From contig NIVC01000376.1 of the NCBI GenBank assembly GCA_002269645.1, forward strand, positions 62,001-126,000: 64,000 nt of DNA, written 5' to 3'. This document shows, one piece after another, positions 30,230-41,700 of this stretch. Source of the DNA: Macrostomum lignano (Eukaryota). The translations under genes were made by a program, and so were the position numbers. The notes below the pieces were generated by a model, which made no database searches, was not told the DNA's origin, and saw nothing but the letters and a program-made list of their open reading frames with translations. Position 1 is the first letter of the stretch, and the number at the start of each line of letters is the position of its first letter.

Positions 30230-30869
30230 TGCGAATTCAGCTGATTGTTTTCAATCAAGCTCCTAGAATTTGTTAATTCGAGCTTTTTCCACAACAACTA
30301 ACTCTAACTACTACATGAGCAGCATAATTGAAGACCCTCTTTTTCAAAAGCACTCGGTTTTAGGCCATAGATATCTACATACCAAACATCCATAATAAGG
30401 CACTATATGCTTCTGAAAGTGCAGCAACACTATAGCAAAAGTGCGCGTAACCCACAAGTGTCTATGGGTGCGGCTGTACGAAACAGACTTGGTTTAGATA
30501 GCTGTAGAGAGAGTAAAACCGAGCTATGGACGCTTATATGAATTAAGCCTAAAACTACACAAGGCTCTGCGAATTAAGATTGTAACACCATATAAATGTG
30601 TAAAAGCGTGCATTAAACGCTAAAATCGTGCTTAAATGGCTGGTGATCGCGTATTGCCTGGAGTCATTTACTGCACGAGAAATATATATCGTGTTACAAT
30701 ACTACTCAATACTTGGTTTTTCTTGCTTAAAACCAAGTATTGAGTCATATTTATATTCGTATTCTTTGCAGCGACTCTGCAGTTGACAATGTTCGGACAC
30801 TAACTCATAAACACCCCGGCATTGAAGCTCATTGGATTTATAATGCATATGTACACCAGGACTGTAAAT

Positions 30870-31440
30870 AATTGCCAAAGAAGCTACTGTACCGGGCTCT
30901 AGGCAGTAGGCGCCTACGATTCTGCCCAAACCCGGAGAGATACCCAGGAGATAAAAACACTATTACTCTGCTTTCAGTTCAAAAAAGCACCAAAGCAATC
31001 AAAGTGGTCTGTTTGCGTACAACACTCTCGGAGGCACTGAAGGCAGGCGTCCAGCCTCTAATGGTTCTGCTTCAGGTCGGTAGGCGTACACTTACCACGT
31101 CGTCGTGCACCCTCCAGACGCCGTCGATGCTGATGAGGATACCCAGCATACCCAGCAGTCGCATCAGTCCAAGTCGCGTGCTGAAGGCGAAGAGGTGATG
31201 GCTGCTCTCGTGGACGGGGATGTGATAGAAAGCTGAACAGCTTGGCGTCGGCCATTCCCTTGGTGATTTCGTCCAATGTGGGGATTTGCTGCTTCTCCAG
31301 GGTGACGAAGGCGTTTGAGATCTTGGAAGTCGTCCTGGCAGATTCTGACCCCACCGTCGCTCTGTGGGCACCATCACCATTCGTGACACTCAGAACCTAG
31401 GACCTTTGATTGCCTCGATGATGCCCTGCTCTAGGGGGAC
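30870..31440 (-). mobile_element. Heavily deleted Gypsy/Ty3-type reverse-transcriptase remnant
   Basis: Fragments in shifting frames: VRICQDDFQDL, IPTLDEITKGMADAKLFS, YHIPVHESSHHLFAFSTRLG, GVWRVHDDVV. Confidence 0.6.
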
Positions 31441-32822
31441 ATGGCGACATGGCATATGCATTGATAGCTCACCGATGTAATCACATAGAAATGAAAACCT
31501 CTCCCACAACAAAAATACTGGATCCATCATGCATCGACGAAATTTGATATGTAGTTACTATCGGAACGTTTTGATTGGGCAAATCACTTTATTCAGATTT
31601 ACTAAGAAGCATCGAGGGCAAAAAAGGCAATGCTGTAAAGTTTAAGCTTGCGTGCCGCGAATGTTGCTCACATATTGCTTGTCCGATTCAATACACATCT
31701 GCTAGTCGATATTGGGGGGTCGGGATAAGTTGATTGATTCGTGTGATTGCTCAAGATATAAGCGTTGCAGCTTGTTAATAAGAGCTTTATAAACTGGTAC
31801 AGCAGGTAAGCGACGAAGTAATGCAAAATGAGGCTTGAGAGCGCTATGAATGAGAGTCAGGTCATCAGAAGTGTGGCAAGAAACTGACGGATTCGAGTTG
31901 AATAGGACTAGACTAAATGTTGTGCTCTAAAAAAGAACTACTGAATGTCCCTGCTTTGACATGCATAATGAACCTAGTAGGTAAGCATGATGAGCGATGC
32001 AAGTTGCACACTTTGCCCGTTTATAGATTTCGACTTTCAAGCCAATTCATTAGTATCATATGTCTGCAGAAAACATTTCGAATGCACCCATTGTTCCATC
32101 CGAATCTATAGATCGTTGGATTTTAGTAACTATGCTATAGGTGCGTGTCCTTGGCGAGCAAACTAATGACGAAATTGCCGACTTCGAAATGCAAACACAA
32201 AGAAAGAGAACGGAATGTAGCGAGCACAATGGCTAATTGGAAGGAGCGACTCGACATTTTCGATCATTAACTATCTATAGCTTCGTCATTCACTGTCAGA
32301 GCATCTTTCTCACCGGGAGTTACACTTCGTCCAATTGTCGGGACTGCGTATTTAAGAAGCAACCGAAGAAGATCGCGGGAAACGTCTGACTGATGCGACT
32401 GCAACAGTTGTTTTGTTTTGTAACAACCGCCTCGGTACAACCTTGTCAGCTTCACATGCAGAAAAGGTAGGGTAATAATAGTTTTCATGCTTTTCAAAGT
32501 ATCGAGCATCCTTAAGAACATCCCAGAGATAAGAGGGCAGAGGCTACCCTTCTTATTGTAACTGGTACGTTTATAGGACTATATGTACGTCTATTTCAAA
32601 GACCGCTAAAAGTTGAGCTTTTGAGCGGAAAGCAAATCCTTAGACTGAGATAGATAAGATTCCGAGATTAGAGGGTCTGGTAAAAGCAGGCTTTTCAAAA
32701 GCTTAAAGAAAAGTTACTGCTGCTAGTTCGTATTGAAAGCAAACCGAGAATTGAGTCTCTGGTGGGTTCAATTCTGCGCAGAACCACATTAAGTTTACGA
32801 ACGTGTAAGTTCGATCGAGCAC

Positions 32823-33228
32823 AGAATGGGCTAGTCGCGCCCATGAGAGCCAGCTGTCGAGGCATACGGAATGGGCTAGTCACGCCCATGAGGGCCAGCT
32901 GTCGAGGCATACGGAATGGGCTAGTCACGCCCATGAGAGCCAGCCGTCGAGGCACACGGAATGGGCTAGTCACGCCCATGAGAGCCAGCCGTCGAGGCAC
33001 ACGGAATGGGCTAGTCACGCCCATGAGAGCCAGCCGTCGAGGCACACGGAATGGGCTAGTCACGCCCATGAGGGAGAGCTGTCGAGGCACACGGAATGGG
33101 CTAGTCACGCCCATGAGAGCCAGCCGTCGAGGCACACGGAATGGGCTAGTCACGCCCATGAGAGCCAGCCGTCGAGGCACACGGAATGGGCTAGTCACGC
33201 CCATGAGGGAGAGCTGTCGAGGCACAGA
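32823..33228. repeat. 45-bp minisatellite (~9 copies), each with an ATGGGC-N7-GCCCAT hairpin
   Basis: Units start 45 bp apart (e.g. 33001, 33046). Confidence 0.95.
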
Positions 33229-33837
33229 GTGTATGCACAGCCTCACGAGAAAGTTAGGTCTGCTGTGTATCCTGTCTGGGCAAGAGCGTGCACCTGCGTA
33301 CGTACGAGCTACCTGTAACTTGTGCGCGAGGGTGCTTGCTCGGGGCACTCAAAATGGGCATTAGGAAAACCTTGAGTCGCGTTAGATAAACTCCTTTCTC
33401 GTCAATGAAAAGTTTCACAGGCGAATCCGACATTCAAAGCAATATAATCATGATTTCGGATCTCGTGCCCCTACAAGTCCATATACTTTAGAATTCAAAG
33501 TCCTTGTCAATAGAACTGTCATTATAGAAATCTTTGGCGCTAGGGAGAGGGCGAGAGTTCAGACGCGGACGAGCGTGACTAAGTGTCCTGATTAGGGATC
33601 GAGGCACCACCCATGCCTCTCAGAATAACTAGCATGAAGTGTTATTCATCAACCGCGAGCGCAACGTCAGTACGGTGCGCGTCTCGGGTTCCAATCTTCG
33701 ACTAATCTCTCTCCACGGGGAGGGGATTTGGGTTGGAGGGTTTCAAATATTTACACCGATTCTAATTACAATATTTACAGAGCGCCTACCCTAAAAGCGT
33801 TTATCCTCATACTTTGCAGAATTACATGTCAGAATAT

Positions 33838-34148
33838 AATATAATAGTAATAATAATAACAATAATAGATTACATCTGCCTCAATTAGGCCAGATGCAGC
33901 TCAGCCGGAGCTATTGCGCGGCGCATCTGAAGGCTGTGTACGGCTGTTCAGTCCAAGGACCGGGCTCGCCACACACACCCTCAATTACCCCATGCTAATG
34001 CTGCCACCCATTTTACAGCTGGGTGAACTGAAGCAATGCAGAGTTAAGTGTCTTGCTCAAGGACACAAATTGTTCCGAGTGGGATCGAGAATCGAACCCC
34101 GACCTTCAAGTCGTGAGTCGGACGCTCTAACCATTAGGCTACATCCCT
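33838..34148 (-). mobile_element. SINE copy 4, near full length with (ATT)n tail
   Basis: Reverse complement reads GGGATGTAGCCTAATGGTTAGAGCGTCCGACTCACGACTTGAAGGTCGGGGTTCGATTC + CORE-like block + tail. Confidence 0.88.
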
Positions 34149-34824
34149 TTGTAGGACTATGCATCAGATAGGAACTCTAATAAACCATTTTCCGCACTGA
34201 ACACGATAGTCGTGATATTCAACGATTCATTCAGGAAGTTTGAATTTTGATTAATGCGCCCAATTTCGATGGTTAATAGCCAATTGACTTCTGCTTCTTC
34301 GTTTGGCTATCAGACATAATACGTTTTCGGAACGATCGATGTATAAGAAAATTATCAAGTCATTCGATCTCCAGTCCACTCCACATCGAATTCCTCAAGC
34401 TCCTTTGCAGGAAATTGTCAATCTAAATCAGCTCGTATGCAAGCAATTTAGCAAAGAGGCTTCTGCCCTCGGCCGTATCCCTCACATGAAAGCAGAGCAG
34501 TGCTCAGGTGTTCCCCGGACAGGTCTAGTATTAGAAAAACAGGATCTTCAGTTCAGAGAGGCCGATTTGGACATTGCGGGAAGCTCCGGCCGCTTACAAT
34601 TATCAATGCATCCGCGGCTTAAGTGTGGCATGAGTGCTCAGAATGCCTAAGTCCGTGCCAGCGAATTAATTAATTCGATTTCTGCCCATACATAGAGGGA
34701 ATGAATCCGTGCAACAGCTAGTCTTATGCGAACAAGACGCCTTTCATTCACTGAGATGCCTCAGGCTTATGCGCTGCAGTTCTAGGCATTGCTGAATCCA
34801 TCCTTGACCTCATACTTTGAAGTC

Positions 34825-36110
34825 CCCGTCATGACCTCCCTTTTTGACCTTCCTGTTTTGACCCCCTGTCTTGACCTCCCCGTTTTGACCTCCCCGTATT
34901 GACCTCCCTGTTTTGACCTCCCTGTTTTGACTTCCCTGTTTCGACCTCCCTGTTTTGACCTCCCTGTTTTGACCTCCCTGTTTTGACCTCCCTGTTTTGA
35001 CCTCCCCGTTTTGACCTCCCTGCCTTGACTTCCCTGCTTTGACCTCCCGGGCTTGACCTCCCTGTTTTGACCTCCCCGTTTTGACCTCCCTGCCTTGACT
35101 TCCCTGTTTTGACCTCCCTAGCTTGACCTCCCTGTTTTGATCTCCCTGGCTTAACCTCCCTGTCTTGACCTCCCTGCCTTGACTTCCCTGTCTTGACCTC
35201 CCTGTTTTGACCTCCCTGTTTCGACCTCCCTGTTTTGACCTCCCCGTCATGACCTCCCTGTTTTGACCTCCCTGTTTTGACCTCCCCGTTTTGACCTCCC
35301 TGCCTTGACTTCCCTGTTTTGACCTCCCTAGCTTGACCTCCCTGTTTTGACCCCCTGTCTTGACCTCCCCGTTTTGACCTCCCCGTATTGACCTCCCTGT
35401 TTTGACCTCCCTGTTTTGACTTCCCTGTTTTGACCTCCCTGTTTTGACTTCCTTGTCTTAACCTCCCTGACTTGACCTCTCTGTTTTGATCTCCCTGGCT
35501 TAACCTCCCTGTCTTGACCTCCCTGCCTTGACTTCCCTGTCTTGACCTCCCTGTTTTGACCTCCCTGTCTTAACCTCCCTGTCTTGACCTCTCTGTTTTG
35601 ACCTCCCCGTCATGACCTCCCTGTTTTGACTTCCCTGTCTTGACCTCCCTGTTTCGAGCTCCCTGTTTTGACCTCCCTGTTTTGACCTCCCTGTTTTGAC
35701 CTTCCTGTTTTGACCTCCCCGGTTTGACCTCCCTGCCTTCACTTCCCTGTTTTGACTTCCCTGTCTTGACCTCCCTGTCTTGACCTCCCTGTTTTGACCT
35801 CCCCGTCATGACCTCCCTGTTTTGACCTCCTGTTTTGACCTCCCTGTTTTGACCTCCCTGCCTTGACTTTCCTGTCTTGACCTCCCTGTCTTGACCTCCC
35901 TGTCTTGACCTCCCTGTTTTGACCTCCCTGTTTTGACCTTCCTGTTTTGACCTCCCCGGTTTGACCTCCCTGCCTTCACTTCCCTGTTTTGACCTCCCTG
36001 GCTTGACCTCCCTGTGTTTGACCTCTCTGTTTTGACCTTCCTGTTTTGACCTCCCCAGTTTGACCTCCCTGCCTTCACTTCCCTGTTTTCACCTCCCTGT
36101 CTTGACCTCC
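34825..36110. repeat. 14-bp minisatellite (TTGACCTCCCTGTT)
   Basis: Direct reading. Confidence 0.96.
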
Positions 36111-36689
36111 GTATTTGACGTACCTAGATTTCGAAATTGCTGCAATTTTCGGCATCCAAAAAGTTTGAAAAGTTGACAATAAAACTATTGGTAAGCTTTT
36201 CGTGTTCTTATATATCTTCAATCCGAGCGTAAAAGTACACGAAGTGATGTAAAATTAGAAAAGCTTGGACGATAGCTCAGTGCAGCTGTGCTATCGAATT
36301 TCTGATATAAAATAAATGCATCGCTTGCATTGGAACTGGCAAACTCAATGAAGGCTCTCTCATAAAGGAGTCGAAACATAAAACTGGGACAAACGAGCAT
36401 AAACAGATCGATGCCGCCTTTGATCAGAGCTTGCCCTGGCTCAGGCAGAATTTATTTAGACCCGTAACTGCAAGGTGTTCTCAGCTCATCAAACTAATGA
36501 GCAGCTAAGGCAGAGCAGAGGCAACAGTTCCTAGGCAGTGGGTAAATGATCATTAAGGAAATTGGAGTCGATTCACCTGCATCACGGAGTCTGTAGCGAT
36601 GCTGACATTTTGGGATTGGAATTTATCTGAGAATCTAAGCATAGACTCATAGAGTTCCCGATAAGTTTTTTGATCCTGTGAGATATTGC

Positions 36690-37415
36690 ATCAAGACATT
36701 GGGTGTTCACATCAAGACATCAAGGTGCTCACAGCAAGACATCAGGGTGCTCACAGCAAGACATCAGGGTGCTCACAGCAAGACATCAGGGTACTCACAG
36801 CAAGACATCAGGGTGCTCACAGCAAGACATCAGGGTACTCACAGCAAGACATCAGGGTGCTCACAGCAAGACATCAGGGTGCTCACAGCAAGACATCAAG
36901 GTGCTCACAGCAAGACATCAGGGTGCTCACAGCAAGACATCAGGGTGCTCACAGCAAGACATCAGGGTGCTCACAGCAAGACATCAGGGTGCTCACAGCA
37001 AGACATCAGGGTGCTCACAGCAAGACATCAAGGTGCTCACAGCAAGACATCAGGGTGCTCACAGCAAGACATCAGGGTGCTCACAGCAAGACATCAGGGT
37101 ACTCACAGCAAGACATCAGGGTGCTCACAGCAAGACATCAGGGTACTCACAGCAAGACATCAGGGTGCTCACAGCAAGACATTGGGTGCTCACAGCAAGA
37201 CATTGGGTGCTCACAGCAAGACATTGGGTGCTCACAGCAAGACATTGGGTGCTCACATCAAGACATCAAGGTGCTCACATCAAGACATTGGGTGCTCACA
37301 TCAAGACATTGGGTGCTCACATCAAGACATCAGGGTGCTCACATCAAGACATTGGGTGCTCACAGCAAGACATCAGGGTGCTCACATCAAGACATTGGGT
37401 GCTCACATCAAGACA
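36690..37415. repeat. 22-bp minisatellite (ACAGCAAGACATCAGGGTGCTC)
   Basis: Direct reading; it explains three overlapping ~250-aa ORFs. Confidence 0.96.
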
Positions 37416-37502
37416 CACGGGCTGGTGCCAAGATAGAACCATTTTTAATTCCTAGATCTGTATACTTATGAAAGCTCCTCCTATTATTATTATTACTTTA
37501 GG

Positions 37503-37822
37503 AAATAATAATATTAATAATTGATTACACCTGCCCCAATTGGGCCAGATGTGCAACCGATAGCTCAGCCGCAGCTATTGCGCGGCGCATCTGAACTGAA
37601 GGCTGAGTACGGCTGTTCAGTCCAAGGACTGGGGGGGAGGAGGTTGCCACACACAGCCTCAATTACCGCAGCTAATGCTGGCACCCATTTTACAACGGGT
37701 TGAGCTGAAGCAATGCAGAGTTAAGTGTCTTGCTCAAGGACACATATCGTTCCGTGTGGGATCAGGAATCGAACCCCGACCTTCAAGTCATAAGTCCGAC
37801 GCTCTAATCATTAGGCTACGGT
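37503..37822 (-). mobile_element. SINE copy 5, near full length
   Basis: Collinear with copy 4. Confidence 0.85.
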
Positions 37823-38725
37823 CCCTTGTTGTTCAGGAAGGCTTAATGTCAAAAGACATCTTCCCCATCGAAAAATCATAACCAAAAGTACAGGTGCACA
37901 CAAACAACAAGAGAATTAGTTTGCAAATGTGATTAATTTCCGCCTTCTGGGATCAATCCGAGCAGACAAAGAGGGTACGGCGATAATATCGAATTTCTCA
38001 GGAACAATACTAAATAGACGAGCTATATGGGTTAAAAAACTAGGAAATATTGAGTAATCCAACACCCCATATCCTATACTGGCACTAAGGGACCTTTTCC
38101 CCATGTTGTCTCATCTACGGGAATTTCTATGTCTAGTGGGCCTCTGATTCATGGATACGGGATTTGTAAATCGATCGAATGCAGTAGCTATAGTGACCAC
38201 TTCATCGGATAGGTGAGCTCGGCTGCATCTGGCTTGCATGCTCCGCACACCCCCATTATAGCTGTGGAACTCACAGATGGAGCCTGGGCTATACTGACGA
38301 ATGCGTTGATTGGTTCTTGCCCCTTTTAGCGTTCGACTGGGGCCTCTCTCTCTCTCTCTCTCTCCCTCCTTATACCTCACTCCCCACACGCGACAAGGCC
38401 GTCAATTTTGCTAGCCTCCAGCCTTTGTCCCGCTGGCTAGGTACAAGGAGCACACGAAAAAGAGAGTAGGGGGAAGGAGATTGGTAACTGCAGAAGGCTA
38501 TATCAATAGTTGGCATGCAGCAGCCATGCCAGCACTGACCAGCAGAGGCCAAAGCTTCCCCGCGTAATCGACAGTCGCTTGAGGACATTCTTCTTCTTTC
38601 TACACGCCTGTGTCACTCTCGCCTAGCTGATTTCTCTATCCATCTTTTTTTCGCCCAGAAATTGCCACTCGCAGCAGGAGCAGCAGCAGAAGCCAGTGCA
38701 GCCCAGTCGCTCCCGCCCAGTTGCC

Positions 38726-41700
38726 ATGGGCTGCGGGCCGAGCGCTGCAACAGCCGCGGTGGCCGAAGCTGCAGCCGCGGAAACTGACGCAAAAATCTTT
38801 GAAACGTCCCAGTCGACAGCGCAGAGCCATCAGCAGCATCAGCGAGTCGGTGTCGCCCAAATATGCGACACCTCAGCCAAGTCGGCCGTCAGCCTCCGAA
38901 GCGGCATCTCGACGAGAACAAACGAGGCCGGCGGCCAGCAGCCCGCGTCGGCTGCAGACGACATGGAGGCGGAGGCGAAAAACGAAGTCAGCCTACAGTC
39001 GGCGGTGCTCATCCAGAAGTGGTACCGGCGTTACAAGGCCCGGCTAGAGGCCCGCAGACAGACCAGCTGGATGATCTACCAGAGCATCGAGTACTCCAGC
39101 GAGTCCAGCCAGCTGCACCTGTACAATTTCTTTAACGACATGCTGCGCCTCGGAGGCGGCAGTGTCGGCGGGGCGTCTGCGAATGCCGGCTTTGCAGAGC
39201 GACTGCGGCAGAGAAGCATCGAAGAGGAGGACGAGGAGCTGCTTGAGCACACTGGCTACTCGGAAATCACCGTGGAGAGGAACTACAAGGGCCCGAAGTT
39301 GAGCTTCCCGTTGAGCGCCACTCACGTGCAGCTGATGATTGACAGTTTCAGGCAGGGCGGCCTGCTTCACGCCCGGTACCTGCTGCAGCTGCTGCACGAA
39401 ACCAGGTCGGTGCTGAAGACGCGGCAGAATATTCAGCTTGTCAGCAGTAGCATATCAAAGCAGGTAAGAGTAGAACGTTTTGTTTGCAGTCTCTAAGATC
39501 TTCAATCTTAGAAATAACCAGGAGCGTCGCCAATGGGGGGGGGACAAGGGGGGCATGTTCCACCAGTAAAAGCTATAGGTGGAACATGCTAATGTCCGGC
39601 CCGCTCCATCTTGCGACCCGTTACGGAATTTATGGAATTTTGCTTCAGGGCGCCAAAATGAGTGCCTGCCTGCGGCGCCAAAATGAGTGCCTGCCTGTAG
39701 CGCCAAAATGAGTGCCTGCCTGTGGCGCCAAAATGAGTGCCTGCCTGCGGCGCCAAAATGAGTGCCTGCCTGCGGCGCCAAAATGAGTGTCTGCCTGCGG
39801 CGCCAAAATGAGTGCCTGCCTGCGGCGCCAAAATGAGTGCCTGCCTGTGGCGCCAAAATGAGTGCCTGCCTGCGGCGCCAAAATGAGTGCCTGCCTGCGG
39901 CGCCAAAATGAGTGCCTGCCTGCGGCGCCAAAATGAGTGTCTGCCTGCAGCGCCAAAATGCGTGAATGCCTGCGGCGCCAAAATGAATGCCTGCGGCACC
40001 AAAATGCGTACCAGCGGCGCCACAATGAGTGCTAACAAAACCGATTCATAGTGTAGGAACTTAGTCATGTAGAATTCTTTGCTTTGTCTCCCCTGCCCAA
40101 CATGAAATCCATGGCGACGCTCCTAGAGATGTCAAAGTATCTTTATGAAAAGTCATAAAATAGCGACACCCTTGCTCTTCTGAATCTTGGTGTACGGATA
40201 TAACTTAGGTGCGTGCGTTAAAGCAAACAAACAAATTTACGGAGCCGATATGTAGCCCTTGATTCGCATCAATTTCCGTGAATGGTCACTTTTTTGTTAT
40301 TTCATACTGTAACCGCCTGATGACGAAATCCAAAAGCAGTAGAATTCAACTAAGGAGCGGTGATGCGCACTCAGGCACCACTGACGAATCCAACCTTTCA
40401 TTAAAAGCAGCTAGACTCAGTAATAAAAAAGCTTTCGCTGAATGCTAATTTCCATGCTCCCATATTGAAGGTGACAGTAGTTGGCGATCTTCACGGCAAG
40501 CTGGAGGACCTGCTGATTGTGCTGTACAAGAACGGCCTGCCCGACGTCACCAATCCGTACATCTTCAACGGCGACTTTGTGGACCGAGGTCCCAATTCGG
40601 TGGAGATCTTGGCGATTCTGTTCGCCTGCCAGCTGGTCTGGCCGTCAGCCGTCTTCCTTAATAGGGGCAACCACGAGGATCAGGTGAGAGCTTTGTGCTG
40701 CACTTCCAACAGCCAATCAGGGCAAAAGGGCGGGGGAGTGAGATTGGTGGAGTGAAGGGTAAATGACTATGCAGACAAGCTGAACTGGCAGCGAATGAGA
40801 GCAGAGATGGGAAGGACGGGGAGTGAGGTGGTGGTTGGAGTGAATGGTAAGCGACTGTGCAGACAAGCTGAACTGGCAGCCAATGAGAGCAGAGATTGGG
40901 GAAGGACGGGGAGTGAGGTGGTTGGTGGAGTGAAGTGTATATGACTATGCAGACAAGCTGAAGTGGCAGCCAATGAGAGCAGAGATTGGGGAAGGACGGG
41001 GAGTGAGGTGGTTGGTGGAGTGAAAGGTAAACGACTGTGCAGACAAGCTGAACTGGCAGCCAATGAGAGCAGAGATTGTCTGCCCGTTAGTTTGGAAACT
41101 GGTGCGAATATTGGGATTAGGAACTATAGCTTATGCAGAAAATATTGTACTTCCAAGAAAAGCAGAAGCCTCATAAACAGGCGGAATTTTCCAAGATCTT
41201 TTAAATTCTCTAGTTATTGTAAAATAATATTTCTACAGTATGGTCACGTAAAAGTACACGTGCGAGTATGATTAATAATAATGCATTTTAAGGATATAGT
41301 TCTTCATTCGAACCGGCCTAGGTGTAAATAACCCTCTTAGATGTATATAATCACACAAATTCAAAAGCCGGATCTTAGCACAGCATCTGCTCCACCATCG
41401 TGCTTTCGCAGAGTACTAATTAATTATTGACATTTTCCGTCCCATATCGGGGTTGCAGGCTCGAGTAGCACGAGAGCTTTCCGAAAAATCAAAAGATTTT
41501 TCTTATTTTGGGCGCGGGAAGCCTCCAGGGGCCCGGGGGGGGGGGGTAGGGAAATGACAGAGGACGCCTTTTTCAGCGGCAAGTTACGAGTTATCTTTGA
41601 ACGAGCAAAATTGTGTGCCTGTCGGATGGTTAAGCATCAGCTGCAGATGGGCAAGAGGGAAAGATCTTTTCTCTTTGATAGCCTCGCCTAGCAACCCGGA

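Noticed and set aside
32823-33228. CRISPR array
   Set aside because: Inter-repeat sequence is not unique, there are no cas genes, and the context is eukaryotic.
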